64,000 nt of DNA, taken from positions 17,968 through 81,967 of the forward strand of contig JBBRBH010000004.1 of the NCBI GenBank assembly GCA_038205995.1. Direction: 5' to 3'. The first letter of the stretch is position 1. The number at the start of each line of letters is the position of its first letter. The translations under genes and the position numbers were made by a program. The notes beneath the pieces are model-generated. The model saw nothing but the letters and a program-made list of their open reading frames with translations, ran no database searches and was not told the origin of the DNA. Source of the stretch: Gemmatimonadales bacterium. Its GTDB lineage: Bacteria; Gemmatimonadota; Gemmatimonadetes; Gemmatimonadales; Gemmatimonadaceae. Below, piece after piece: positions 1-10,077 of this stretch.

Positions 1-790
1 GCGCGTCGAGCTGGCCCTGCACGGCCGCGAGCTTTTGTGCCGGCTTGAGCCGGGCGATCACCCGGAAAAACGGATTGATTCGCGACCCGGTGGCGAGGTC
101 AATGCGCGATGCCTGAATCACATCGGGCACGCGGGTCACGTTCGTGCGCGCCGGAAAGAGCAGCTCGAACTCCGGCCCGGCGACGCCGACGATTTGCAGA
201 TGATTGTTGCCCGAGTTCACCATTTTCCCGATGACGCTTTTGTCTCCGCCGTACCGGCGCTGCCAAAACTGGTAGCTGATGATCGCGCTGATCGTGAGCG
301 GAGGCGGCGCGACGAGCGGAAAATTCGCACCCGGCGCCAGTGCCGGCTGCGGCGGCGGAGGCGTCGCGTCGTCGTCGTTGAAGTCGCGACCCGCCGCCAT
401 CCTCACGCCGAGCAGCGACATCAGATTCGTGGTCGCGATGCCGCTTTTCACCTGCACGGGCTCCGATTGATCGCCGGTGAGCGGAGCGGGGAAGGTGATC
501 ACTCCCGCCGCGCCGTCGAGCGCCGTGACCTGATCGCGGATGTCCTTCAAATCGGGAGGCGTGATCTGGAAATCGAAAACCTTCCGGTTGCGCATGTCCG
601 ACGTCACGATCACGAGTCGGTCGGCGTTCGCGTACGGCAGCGGCTTGAGCAGCACCGCGTTCACCACGCTGAAAATCGCCGTAGTCGCGCCGATGCCGAG
701 CGCGAGCGTGATCAGGGCAGTGATCGCAAACGCTGGATTCTTGCGCAGCGTGCGAATGCCGAATGCGAAATCCTTCAGCCAGGTGTCCAC
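1..790 (-). CDS. ADOP / MacB-FtsX-type ABC permease, N-terminal part (3' end lies beyond the left window edge)
   Basis: Not in the ORF track because it has no stop in the window. Reverse-complement translation from GTG 790..788 gives [62 protein letters not shown]... This aligns with the N-termini of the permeases at 19987..22401, 35756..38425 and 60589..63204. AGGAG lies 5 nt upstream, and an in-frame stop at 847..845 leaves this GTG as the only possible start. Confidence 0.8.
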   Translation of the reverse strand, partial: MDTWLKDFAFGIRTLRKNPAFAITALITLALGIGATTAIFSVVNAVLLKPLPYANADRLVIVTSDMRNRKVFDFQITPPDLKDIRDQVTALDGAAGVITFPAPLTGDQSEPVQVKSGIATTNLMSLLGVRMAAGRDFNDDDATPPPPQPALAPGANFPLVAPPPLTISAIISYQFWQRRYGGDKSVIGKMVNSGNNHLQIVGVAGPEFELLFPARTNVTRVPDVIQASRIDLATGSRINPFFRVIARLKPAQKLAAVQGQLDA

Positions 791-896
791 GGGATCTCCT
801 CGGGCGACGATTGAATCGTTGCGGCAAGCACTAGGGAGACAGCATCAAACGTGCCGTGGGTTGCTTGGAGCGGCGCGCCGCTAAGTCACGGCAGGA

Positions 897-3800
897 TCAG
901 CCGTTTTGCGCGGTCGCTCCGGCGGGGCTGTGCGAAAGTGGGACGGGATGTCCCACTTTCGCTTCGCCACGCTGAAAACGCTCCTGCAATTCCTCGAAGT
1001 AGGTGAAGAACACCGGCGTCACGTATAGCGTCACGAGCTGCGAAAACGCGAGCCCGCCCACCACCGCCACACCCAGCGGGCGGCGCGTCGCCGCGCCTGC
1101 GCCCCAGCCCACCGCGATCGGAATCGCGCCCATCAGCGCGGCCATCGTCGTCATCATGATCGGGCGAAAACGCACGCTCGCGGCTTCGAGAATTACCTCC
1201 GACGCGGTCTTGTCCGGATGCGTCTTCTGCCTCTCGATGGCGAAGTCGATCATCATGATCGCGTTCTTCTCGACGATGCCGATGAGCATGATGATCCCCA
1301 CGAACCCATACATGTCGAGGTCCATCCCCGCGAGGATCAGCGTCACGAGTGCGCCGAACGCGGCAAACGGCAGGCCGGTGAGAATCGTGATGGGATGGAT
1401 GAAGCTTTCGTAGAGGACTCCGAGAATCACATAGATCACGAACACGGCGAGAATCAGCAGCACGAGCAATCCCTTCTGGGTGCTCATAAAGGCCTGCGCA
1501 ATCCCCGAGAAACTCGACGCGATCGTCGGCGGAAGCACCGCCGCAGCCTCCTTGTTCACCGCGTCCACCGCGGTGCCGAGCGAGACGCCGGGCGCGAGGT
1601 TGAACGAAATGTTTACGGCGGGAATCTGCCCGGAGTGATTGACCGTGACCGGCCCGACTGTGTAGTTGAACCGCGCAACCGAGCTGAGCGGCACCACGGG
1701 ACCGCGTGCCGAGCGCACGTACAGCGTGCCCAGCGCGCTGACGTCGGTCTGAAACTGCGGCAACACTTCCATCACGACCCAGTACTCGTTCGTCGCGGTG
1801 TAAATCGTCGAGACCTGACGCTGACCGAACGCGTCGTACAATGTGTTCTCGATTTCACTCGCCGAGACGCCGAGCTGCCCGGCCGCCTCGCGATTGATAT
1901 CGACCGTGACCTGCGGGTTCTCGATGAGCAGATCGCTCGTGACATCCGCGAGCAACGGCGAGGCGCGCAGCCGCGCCTGCAGCTGTGTCGCCGCGCTGTT
2001 GAGCGCGACAATGTCGCCGCTCTGCAGCGTGAACTGGTACAGGCTCTTGGTCGCGAGTCCGCCGATGGAAATCGCCGGCGGATTCTGCACATACGTCGTG
2101 ATGTCCTTCACGCTGGCCGTCGCGGCCATGACGTCGCGCCCAATCACCTCGGCGCTCCTCGAGCGCTCGTCGATCGGCTTGAGATCGATCGTCATCTGGC
2201 CCTGGTTCGCCGCTGCTGTCGTACCAACGGACGATGTCACCGCGTGCACGTCGGGATCCTTTGCAATCTCGGCGGCGACCTCCGCCTGACGCAGCACGAG
2301 CGCGTCGAACGACACGCCCTCGGCCGCCTCGGTGGTCACGAGCAGCTGGCCCGTGTCGTCCGTCGGAAAAAGTCCTTTGGGCGTCGACCAGAACAGCCAG
2401 CCGGTCGCGATCAGAATTGCGGCGGAAAACACGAGCGCCGACGGACGATGGCGCATCACGACGGCGAGCGTCCGTTCGTACAGCCGCAGCCACGCATCGA
2501 AAAACCGCTCCGACATTTGATAGAGCTTGCCGTGCGTGTCGTTGTGGCCGGAGCGCAGAAAGCGGCTCGAGAGCATCGGCGTGAGCGTGAGCGAAACCAC
2601 ACCCGACACGAGAATCGCCACGCCGATCGTCACCGCGAACTCGTGAAACAGCTTGCCGATAATGCCGCCCATAAACAAGAACGGAATGAACACGGCCGCG
2701 AGCGAGAACGTCATCGACAGAATCGTGAAACCCACTTCGCCCGCGCCATCGACCGCGGCTTGCATCTTGGTTTTGCCCATCTCGAGGTGGCGCACGATGT
2801 TCTCGAGCATCACGATCGCGTCGTCGACCACGAAGCCCACGGCGAGCGTCAGCGCCATCAGCGAGAGATTGTCGAGACTGTAGTGCAGCAGGTACATCAC
2901 GGAGAACGTGCCGATGATCGACATCGGCAGCGCGAGACTCGGAATCACCGTCGCGGAAAAATTTCTGAGGAACAGGAAAATCACCATCACCACGAGCGCG
3001 AGCGTCAGCTCCAGCGTGAACGTCACGTCGTGCACGGACGCCTGGATGGTTGCCGAGCGGTCGTAGAGCATGCTGACCTTCACCGTCGCCGGAATCTCCG
3101 TCTGCAGCTTGGCGAGCGCCGCCTTCACCTGATTCGCGACTTCGACGGTGTTGGTGCCGGGCTGGCGCAGAATCGCGAGCACGATGGCGGGTTCGCCGTT
3201 GTACCAGCTCGCCGTCTTGTTGTTCTGCACATCATCGGTGATACGGCCGAGTTCGTTGAGATGCACGGGCGCGCCGTTGCGGTATGCGACGATGACGTCC
3301 TTGAACGCGCCGGCATTATCGAGCTGTCCGCTCGCCTGGATCGTCAGTGCGGTTTTCGGCCCCCACAGCACTCCCGTCGGCTGGTTGACGTTCTGGCTCG
3401 TCACCGCCGCCATCACATCTTCGAGCGCGATCCCGCGCGACGCGAGCTGCGACGGATCCATCTGCAGGCGCACGGCGTATTTCTGCGACCCATAGACGAG
3501 CACCTGCGCCACGCCACCGACCATCGAGAGGCGTTGCGCGATCGTGGTCTCGCCGTATTCGTCGAGCTGCGAGAGCGTCACCTGCTTCGATGTGAGTGCG
3601 AGCGTCAGAATCGGCGCATCGGCCGGATTCGTTTTCTGGTACGACGGCGGAATGATCCCCTGCGGGAGCTGGCGGAGTGTCTGCGCGATCGCCGCCTGCA
3701 CGTCCTGCGCGGCGGCGTCGATGTTCCGGTCAAGCGCGAACTGCACGACGACCTGCGTCTGCCCGAGGCTCGACGTCGACGTCATGTTGTCGATGCCGGC

Positions 3801-4022
3801 AATGGTAGAGAATGATTTTTCCAGCGGCGTCGCGACGGTCGCGGCCATGGTCTGCGGAGCCGTTCCCGGCAGATTCGCGGTCACGGTGAGAGTCGGAAAA
3901 TCCACGTTCGGCAGGTCGCTCACCGGCAGCTGCTGGTAGGCGACGATGCCGAACACGAGAATCGCGATCATGACGAGCGTCGTCATGACGGGCCGCTTGA
4001 TGAAGAGAGTCGTGAGATTCAT
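897..4022 (-). CDS. RND (HAE1) efflux pump inner-membrane permease, MdtB/MdtC-like, second of a tandem pair
   Basis: 1041 aa. N-terminus FIKRPVMTTLVMIAILVFGIVAYQQLPVSDLPNVDFPTLTV and VVDDAIVMLENIVRHLEMG are typical AcrB/MdtB-family motifs. It has a 12-TM-like layout with two large periplasmic loops and starts 6 nt after the upstream paralog. Confidence 0.95.
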   Translation of the reverse strand: MNLTTLFIKRPVMTTLVMIAILVFGIVAYQQLPVSDLPNVDFPTLTVTANLPGTAPQTMAATVATPLEKSFSTIAGIDNMTSTSSLGQTQVVVQFALDRNIDAAAQDVQAAIAQTLRQLPQGIIPPSYQKTNPADAPILTLALTSKQVTLSQLDEYGETTIAQRLSMVGGVAQVLVYGSQKYAVRLQMDPSQLASRGIALEDVMAAVTSQNVNQPTGVLWGPKTALTIQASGQLDNAGAFKDVIVAYRNGAPVHLNELGRITDDVQNNKTASWYNGEPAIVLAILRQPGTNTVEVANQVKAALAKLQTEIPATVKVSMLYDRSATIQASVHDVTFTLELTLALVVMVIFLFLRNFSATVIPSLALPMSIIGTFSVMYLLHYSLDNLSLMALTLAVGFVVDDAIVMLENIVRHLEMGKTKMQAAVDGAGEVGFTILSMTFSLAAVFIPFLFMGGIIGKLFHEFAVTIGVAILVSGVVSLTLTPMLSSRFLRSGHNDTHGKLYQMSERFFDAWLRLYERTLAVVMRHRPSALVFSAAILIATGWLFWSTPKGLFPTDDTGQLLVTTEAAEGVSFDALVLRQAEVAAEIAKDPDVHAVTSSVGTTAAANQGQMTIDLKPIDERSRSAEVIGRDVMAATASVKDITTYVQNPPAISIGGLATKSLYQFTLQSGDIVALNSAATQLQARLRASPLLADVTSDLLIENPQVTVDINREAAGQLGVSASEIENTLYDAFGQRQVSTIYTATNEYWVVMEVLPQFQTDVSALGTLYVRSARGPVVPLSSVARFNYTVGPVTVNHSGQIPAVNISFNLAPGVSLGTAVDAVNKEAAAVLPPTIASSFSGIAQAFMSTQKGLLVLLILAVFVIYVILGVLYESFIHPITILTGLPFAAFGALVTLILAGMDLDMYGFVGIIMLIGIVEKNAIMMIDFAIERQKTHPDKTASEVILEAASVRFRPIMMTTMAALMGAIPIAVGWGAGAATRRPLGVAVVGGLAFSQLVTLYVTPVFFTYFEELQERFQRGEAKVGHPVPLSHSPAGATAQNG

Positions 4023-4028
4023 GCCTGC

Positions 4029-7000
4029 CTAATTGCCTGCGGCCGTTGAAGCGCTGACGGAGGCGTGCGCGGCGCCGGTGATCGGCTGTCCTTCGATGAC
4101 GCGCGCGGACAGCCTCCCGAACCACGACTGCAGCTCGTCCATGTACGTGTAGAACACCGGCGTGACGTACAGCGTGACGATCTGCGAAAAGACGAGCCCG
4201 CCGACGACGGCGATGCCGAGCGGCCGGCGTGAGGCGGCGCTCGCTCCGACGCCGATGGCAATCGGCAGTGTGCCCGCGATTGCCGAAACCGTCGTCATCA
4301 TGATCGGCCGAAACCGGACGCTCGCGGCGTGCATGATCGCGGCCGCCGGAGTCGTCTGTCCCGCGCGTTCCGTGGCGATCGCGAAATCGATCATCATGAT
4401 GGCATTCTTTTTCACGATGCCGATCAGCATGATGATGCCGACGTATCCGTACACACCAAGCTCGATTTTGGTGAGATACAGTGTCGCGAGCGCGCCGAAC
4501 GCCGCGAACGGAAGTCCCGTCAGCAGCGTGATCGGGTGAATGAAGCTCTCATAGAGAATTCCGAGAATGATATAGATGATGAACACGGTGATCAGCAGCA
4601 GAATTCCGAGGCCCTGCTGAGACTGCTGAAACGCCTGCGCCGTGCCGGCAAACGCACCCGTCACACTGGCGGGCAGCGTGCGCACCGCGAGTTTGTTCAC
4701 CTGATCCGTTGCCGCGCCCAGCGACACATCAGGCGCGAGGTTGAACGAGATCGTCACCGACGCCATCTGGCCGGAGTGCGCGATGCTCAGCGGACCAGTC
4801 TTATGCTCGAACGTCGCCACGTCGCTGAGCGGAATCGCCCGGCCGTTGCCCTGCACAAAAAAGCTGTTCAGCGCCGATGCATCGAGCTGCGCGCTCGGCA
4901 CTGTTTCCATCACGACCCAGTATTCGTTGGTCGGCGTATAGATGGTCGAGATCTGTTGCTGGTTGTACGCGTTTGCGAGCGCGTTTTCGACCGATGACGG
5001 CGACACGCCGAGCGCGAGCGCCCGCTGGCGGTCGATGTGCACCATCAGAATCGGACTGCGGTTCAGCAGGTCGGACGTCACGCCGCTCAGCATCGGCTCG
5101 CCTTGCAGCACGTTCAGCAGACGGCCGGCCTCCGAGTAGAGCATGGTGATGTCGCTTCCGCGGAGCACGTACTGGTACTGCGTCTTCGATGACCGTCCCC
5201 CGATGCGAATGGCCGGCGGGTTCGAGAAGAATACCGACAGCCCCGGAATTCCGGACATGCGCCGCGACAGCTCCTGCACCATCGCGTCGGCGGTCGGACG
5301 CTTCCCCTGGGGCTTCAGCGTGACGTTCAGCATTCCTTGGTTCGTCGAGCCGCCGCCGCCGCCCGCGCTCGAGGTGAAGGAGACGATGTTCGTGTCCTTC
5401 TCGAGCCGCGCCATCGCGATCTTCTGCAGCCTCACCATCTCGGCGAACGACGTGCCCTGCGCCGCCTCGGTCGTTCCGCTCAACGACCCGGTGTCGTCCG
5501 GCGGAAACAGTCCCTTGGGAATCACTTGCCAGAGCGCCGCAGTCAGCGCCAGGATGAGCACCGAAAATGCGACCATCAGCGGACGGCGCTGCATCACCCA
5601 CGCCAGGCTGTTCTCATATGCGCGGAGCGTGGCGGAGAAAATTCCTTCGGTAAAGTTGTACAGCCGCCCGTGCGTCTCGCCCTTGTGCGATTTGAGCAAA
5701 CGACTGCACAGCATCGGCGTGAGCGTGAGTGACACGAAGCCGGACATCGCGATGGCCACCATGATCGTGATCGCGAATTCCTTGAACAGCCGGCCGATGG
5801 TTCCGCCCATGAACGCGAGCGGAATGAAGACGGTCGCGAGCGAGAGCGTCATCGAGAAAATCGTGAAGCCGACTTCCTGCGCGCCCTCGAACGCCGCCTG
5901 CATCGGCGTTTTTCCCATCTCGATGTGGCGCACGATGTTCTCGAGCATCACGATCGCGTCGTCCACCACGAATCCGACGGCGAGCGTCAGCGCCATCAGC
6001 GACAGGTTGTCGATGCTGAAGTGCAGCACGTACATCGCCGAGAACGTGCCGATGATCGACATCGGCAGCGTGAGGCTCGGGATCATCGTTGCGACGGCGC
6101 TGCGCAAAAAAAGGAAGATCACGGCGATCACGAGCACCAGCGCGACCACGAGCGAGTTCTTCACGTCCTGCACCGCGCGTTGAATCGACACGGAGCGGTC
6201 GAACTGCAGGTGCACTTGTAGCGACGCGGGAAGCCCCTTTTCGATTTCCGCGAGCACGGTCTTGACGCGGTTCGCCACGTCCATGGTGTTCGTGCCGGGC
6301 TGGCGCGTGATGAACAGGTTCACCGTTCGTTCCGCCACGCCATTCGCGTCGTACCACGACACGTTCTTGTTGTTCTGGATGTCATCGAGCACGTTCGCCA
6401 CGTCGCCGAGGCGGACGGGCGCGCCGTTCTTGTAGGCGATGATCAGCTTTCGGAACTCGGTCGCGTTCGACAGCTGTCCCGTGGCCGTCACCGTGAGTGT
6501 GCGGTCGCGGCCGTAAAGCACGCCCGTCGGCAGCAGCACATTGTTCGCGCGAATCTGCGCGGCCACCTGCGAAATACCGATGCCCAGGCTCGCGAGACGC
6601 GCGGGGTCGACCTGCACGCGCACCGCGTACTTCATGGAACCGAACACATTCACCTGCGCCACGCCCTCGACCATCGAGAGCCGCTGCGCGATGCTCGTTT
6701 GGGCGAACTCGTCGAGGTCGGTGAGCGGCAGCACGTTCGACGTGAGCGCGATATTGAGGATCGGCCCCATCGCCGGATTCTGCTTGCGATACGAGGGCGG
6801 CAGAATCTGCGGCGGCAGCAGCGGCAGCGTCTTGGAGATGGCCGCGTTCACGTCCTGCGCGGCGGATTCAATGTCGCGGTCGGGCGAGAACGTCAAGTTG
6901 ATGTTCGTGCCGCCGAGACTGCTGTTCGATGTGATCTCGTCGATGCCGGCGACTGCGGAGAATGCCTTCTCGAGCGGCGTCGCGACGGTCGCAGCCATTG

Positions 7001-7172
7001 TTTCCGGGCTCGCGCCCGGAAGATTCGCGCTCACGTTGATTGACGGAGAGTCCACCGTCGGCAGATCGCTCACCGGCAGACTGCGATACGAGACAATGCC
7101 GAACACGACGATCCCGATCATGATCAGGATCGTCATGACGGGTCGTTTGATGAACAGTGCAGTGAGGCTCAT
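4029..7172 (-). CDS. RND (HAE1) efflux pump inner-membrane permease, MdtB/MdtC-like, first of a tandem pair
   Basis: 1047 aa. FIKRPVMTILIMIGIVVFGIVSYRSLPVSDLPTVDSPSINV and VVDDAIVMLENIVRHIEMG are present. It is clearly paralogous to 897..4022 along the full length. Confidence 0.95.
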   Translation of the reverse strand: MSLTALFIKRPVMTILIMIGIVVFGIVSYRSLPVSDLPTVDSPSINVSANLPGASPETMAATVATPLEKAFSAVAGIDEITSNSSLGGTNINLTFSPDRDIESAAQDVNAAISKTLPLLPPQILPPSYRKQNPAMGPILNIALTSNVLPLTDLDEFAQTSIAQRLSMVEGVAQVNVFGSMKYAVRVQVDPARLASLGIGISQVAAQIRANNVLLPTGVLYGRDRTLTVTATGQLSNATEFRKLIIAYKNGAPVRLGDVANVLDDIQNNKNVSWYDANGVAERTVNLFITRQPGTNTMDVANRVKTVLAEIEKGLPASLQVHLQFDRSVSIQRAVQDVKNSLVVALVLVIAVIFLFLRSAVATMIPSLTLPMSIIGTFSAMYVLHFSIDNLSLMALTLAVGFVVDDAIVMLENIVRHIEMGKTPMQAAFEGAQEVGFTIFSMTLSLATVFIPLAFMGGTIGRLFKEFAITIMVAIAMSGFVSLTLTPMLCSRLLKSHKGETHGRLYNFTEGIFSATLRAYENSLAWVMQRRPLMVAFSVLILALTAALWQVIPKGLFPPDDTGSLSGTTEAAQGTSFAEMVRLQKIAMARLEKDTNIVSFTSSAGGGGGSTNQGMLNVTLKPQGKRPTADAMVQELSRRMSGIPGLSVFFSNPPAIRIGGRSSKTQYQYVLRGSDITMLYSEAGRLLNVLQGEPMLSGVTSDLLNRSPILMVHIDRQRALALGVSPSSVENALANAYNQQQISTIYTPTNEYWVVMETVPSAQLDASALNSFFVQGNGRAIPLSDVATFEHKTGPLSIAHSGQMASVTISFNLAPDVSLGAATDQVNKLAVRTLPASVTGAFAGTAQAFQQSQQGLGILLLITVFIIYIILGILYESFIHPITLLTGLPFAAFGALATLYLTKIELGVYGYVGIIMLIGIVKKNAIMMIDFAIATERAGQTTPAAAIMHAASVRFRPIMMTTVSAIAGTLPIAIGVGASAASRRPLGIAVVGGLVFSQIVTLYVTPVFYTYMDELQSWFGRLSARVIEGQPITGAAHASVSASTAAGN

Positions 7173-7208
7173 CGCCCGCTCGGCTCGTTGCGCGCCGTCC
7201 GCAGCGCG

Positions 7209-8555
7209 TTAACTCGGGGACTTCGCGGCGGCGGAGTCGGCTTTTTGCCCGCCGCGCCCGCCGCGTCCACGTCCACCCCCGCGCCCGCCGCGGCCGCCGC
7301 GTCCGCCAGGGCCACCCGGGCCGCCCGTGGACGACGTGCCGTCTCGCGTGCCGATCGTCACCTGCGCACCCGGAGTGACGCGCGACTGTCCGTCTGTCAC
7401 GACGCGCTCACCCTCCGCCACCCCGCTGGAGATCACGGAAATTCCGCCCGCCGCGCGCTCGACGGTCACCGGCCGCTGCTGCGCCGTGTTCGACGAATCG
7501 ATCACGTACACATAAGTGCCCTGCTGGCCCGGCACCACGGCCTGCGTTGGCAGCACGAGCACATTCTCTTCGGTGAAAAGCCGGAGCGTCGTCGCGACGA
7601 ACTGTCCCGCCCAGAGCGTACCGCCCTTGTTCGCGAAACTCGCCTTCAGCAACACCGTCGCGGTCGTCGTGTCGACGGCATTGTCGACGAACGACAGTCC
7701 TCCCTGAGAATCAGAATTTCCGGTGTTCGGCGCGAGCGCGACCGCCTGCTTCTTCCCGCCGCCGCTCGTCGCGTCCATCGGCGTCGCGGTGTCTGCGGGA
7801 GCAACCGTACCCGATGCCGTCGCGGGAAGCGCCGTCACCTGCAGCGCGACGGGTCTGCCGCTTTTTTCTCCGTACTGGAGAATGAGAGGCAACAGGGTGC
7901 CAGGCACCGCGAAGCGCACGAGAATCGGATGCACTTGATTGATGACCACCAGCGACGTGACGTTCGAGCGCACCAGATTTCCCGCGCGCACAAGCAGTCC
8001 GCCCGTGCGGCCCGAGATCGGCGCGCGCACGATGCAGTTGTCGAGGTTGAATTTTGCGTTGTCGAGGTTGGCCTGGTCCGCCTGTACCGTCGCCGCCGTC
8101 GATTGCGCGGTTGCGCGCATCTGATCGACCTGCTCACGCGTAACGATCTTCTCTTTCAACAGCGCGTCGTAGCGGTCGACCTGCTGCTGTGCATAGGTCG
8201 CTGTTGCCTTGTCCCGCGCGAGCGCGGCGGTGACCTGGTTGAACGTCGCCTGGTACGGACGCGAATCGAGATGGAACAGAATCATTCCCCTCGAGACTTC
8301 CTGCCCCTCCTGGAAGTTGACCTCCATGACGAGTCCGTCCACCTGCGGCGTCACCGTCGCGGTTTGCATCGGCGTCACGATTCCGTTGGCGGCCACATCA
8401 TACGGAACGGAGGCGCGTTTCACTGGAATTACCGTGACGGCAACCGCGGGCCGCCCCTGACGGACCGGTGCTTTCGAGCAAGCGCCAGCCGCGAGAAGGA
8501 CTCCGAATGACGCGGCAGCGCTCGCAGCGCGCCAGGAGCAGAACGAACGAGTCAT
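7209..8555 (-). CDS. RND efflux periplasmic adaptor (membrane fusion protein), lipoprotein, with a Gly/Arg-rich C-terminal tail
   Basis: The ORF extends to 8630, but MTRSFCSWRAASAAASFGVLLAAGAC (lipobox LAAGAC) starts at 8555. The coiled-coil hairpin region QVDRYDALLKEKIVTREQVDQMRATAQSTAATVQADQANLDNAKFNLDNCIVRAPISGRTG is typical of the HlyD/AcrA/MdtA family. The C-terminus is GGPGGPGGRGGRGGRGGGRGRGGRGG. Confidence 0.9.
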   Translation of the reverse strand: MTRSFCSWRAASAAASFGVLLAAGACSKAPVRQGRPAVAVTVIPVKRASVPYDVAANGIVTPMQTATVTPQVDGLVMEVNFQEGQEVSRGMILFHLDSRPYQATFNQVTAALARDKATATYAQQQVDRYDALLKEKIVTREQVDQMRATAQSTAATVQADQANLDNAKFNLDNCIVRAPISGRTGGLLVRAGNLVRSNVTSLVVINQVHPILVRFAVPGTLLPLILQYGEKSGRPVALQVTALPATASGTVAPADTATPMDATSGGGKKQAVALAPNTGNSDSQGGLSFVDNAVDTTTATVLLKASFANKGGTLWAGQFVATTLRLFTEENVLVLPTQAVVPGQQGTYVYVIDSSNTAQQRPVTVERAAGGISVISSGVAEGERVVTDGQSRVTPGAQVTIGTRDGTSSTGGPGGPGGRGGRGGRGGGRGRGGRGGQKADSAAAKSPS

Positions 8556-8691
8556 CGAGGAAATAAACTCAAGAATGAAAGACGAAGCGCCTTGCAAATC
8601 GAACACCGAAAAAAGGCGCGAACCCGGCACTTCTGCGTGAACTATCCTTACGCACTCGTGCCGGAAGTCGCTTGCTGGCGACCGATTACTG

Positions 8692-9783
8692 CTATGGATG
8701 CAGGGTCAGCTTCTGCAAACGCCAGTTGAGGAGCTCCGCCACATAGATCGTATGCTCCGTGGGGCAGGCGATCTCGTGAATCCAGCCGAATTGCTTGAGT
8801 TCCTTGCCAGCCTCTCCGAGAACCCCAACCACTTTCCCCTCTAGTGTCACTTTGTAGACGCGTCCGGGGACTGCATCTGACACAAACAGATACTGGTTCG
8901 CTCCCGGATTGATGCAGATTGCCCACGGCGAGCCTGATGCCATCGTCGCGCCGCCGCCCAGCGGGCTCCCAGCGACCGGCATCGCGCCGAGCATGATATT
9001 CGGCTCTTTCGCGAACGGAACGTCGATCGTGAACTGACGAACGAACCCTCCGTCGTTGTCAAATACCTGGATGCGACGGTTGCCGCGATCGGCGACGTAG
9101 ATGTTGCCCTTCGCATCGTTCGCAATCGAATGTGGGGTGTTGAGCTGGCCCTGTGCAGAGCCGCGCTCGCCCCACGTCTTCACCCACTTTCCATTCTTGT
9201 CGACTTTCACCACGCGCGAGTTTCCGTATCCATCGCTGATGAAAACATTCCCGGCCAGATCCCATGCGACGTCCGTGGGGCGGTTGAACGATCCCCAGCC
9301 TGGCGCCAGCGGCGGCGCGCCGGCCGGGCGCGGCGCGGCGGGCTCGGCTGCTTCTTCCTTGCGGCCGAGCACCATCGTGACGCGGCCGGCTGGATTGAAC
9401 TTGATAATCATGTTCGTGCCTTCGTCGGTCGCCCAGATGTTGTCTTGCACGTCGATGCGCACCGTGTGCGCGAAGGCGAATCCGTACAGATCCTTCCCGA
9501 TTTCGCGGATGAAAACTCCGTCGGGTCCAAACTCGTATAGCTGTGCAGCGGTCGCGCCATGCACGGTCGAGCGCTCACCGGAGCGCGTGTATACGAAGAC
9601 GTGGCCTTTTGAGTTCACCGCGACTCCGGCGACTTCACCGAGATACACATTCGGTGGGAGCTTGAGAAAATCGATGGAGGCGTCGAAACGGATCTCAGGC
9701 ACGGGCTGCTGCGCCGGCAGACGTATGGCGCTGGCTGCAGCGAAAACGAGGGCACCAACGAGGGCGGAGTGAAGACTTTTCAC
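8692..9783 (-). CDS. Secreted NHL-repeat six-bladed beta-propeller protein (resembles the peptidyl-alpha-hydroxyglycine amidating lyase fold)
   Basis: NHL-type repeats are present: NRPTDVAWDLAGNVFISDGYGNSRVVKVD, LNTPHSIANDAKGNIYVADRGNRRIQVFD, GWIHEIACPTEHTIYVAELLNWRLQKL. I prefer the GTG start at 9783 (signal peptide KSLHSALVGALVFAAASAIRLPAQQ, with AAGGAG 8 nt upstream) over the track start at 9840. Confidence 0.8.
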   Translation of the reverse strand: MKSLHSALVGALVFAAASAIRLPAQQPVPEIRFDASIDFLKLPPNVYLGEVAGVAVNSKGHVFVYTRSGERSTVHGATAAQLYEFGPDGVFIREIGKDLYGFAFAHTVRIDVQDNIWATDEGTNMIIKFNPAGRVTMVLGRKEEAAEPAAPRPAGAPPLAPGWGSFNRPTDVAWDLAGNVFISDGYGNSRVVKVDKNGKWVKTWGERGSAQGQLNTPHSIANDAKGNIYVADRGNRRIQVFDNDGGFVRQFTIDVPFAKEPNIMLGAMPVAGSPLGGGATMASGSPWAICINPGANQYLFVSDAVPGRVYKVTLEGKVVGVLGEAGKELKQFGWIHEIACPTEHTIYVAELLNWRLQKLTLHP

Positions 9784-10077
9784 GTGGGGGACTCCTTGGC
9801 GGATCGATCGGTTTTGCGGATGCGTTGGGCGAAGGGTCAACCTATGCGTGTCGGCGTGTCGCCGCGAGTGACCGAGCGAGTGAAGGGTTTGTCTGCGATT
9901 GAGGTCTTGTTCGTTTTTGGTCCCACGATTCCCGAAACCGGACGGTCCAAGAGAAAGGGGCGGCTTCTGAGCACCAGTAATCAGTTGTCATATAAAGACT
10001 TGAGTGGAATCATGTGCGGCATACAAGTTGCCATTCAGCATGGCGGACATCCATCGCATCACGACAGGAGAAGCAGT

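Noticed and set aside
35-884. Track ORFs 35..814(+), 99..827(-) and 540..884(+) at the left edge
   Set aside because: All three are Arg/His/Ala-rich or read like the mirror image of a membrane protein. A third minus-strand frame, absent from the track because it has no stop in the window, encodes a textbook ADOP/MacB permease N-terminus with an SD sequence and a GTG start at 790. Only that frame is reported.
1218-3815. 865-aa plus-strand ORF antisense to the RND pump. Other long antisense ORFs of the same kind include 7188..8510, 4329..4997, 5143..6183 and 6541..7212.
   Set aside because: Their composition is extremely Arg/His/Asp/Glu-rich (RRRR, HHHH runs). They have no recognisable family and lie fully inside strongly conserved RND and MFP genes on the opposite strand. 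This is a typical high-GC antisense open-frame artefact.
9769-10077. 5' extension of the TolC ORF (track start 9769)
   Set aside because: The extension overlaps the NHL gene start and reads as non-protein-like sequence. A strong AGGAG-N7-ATG start followed by a classical signal peptide occurs at 10078.
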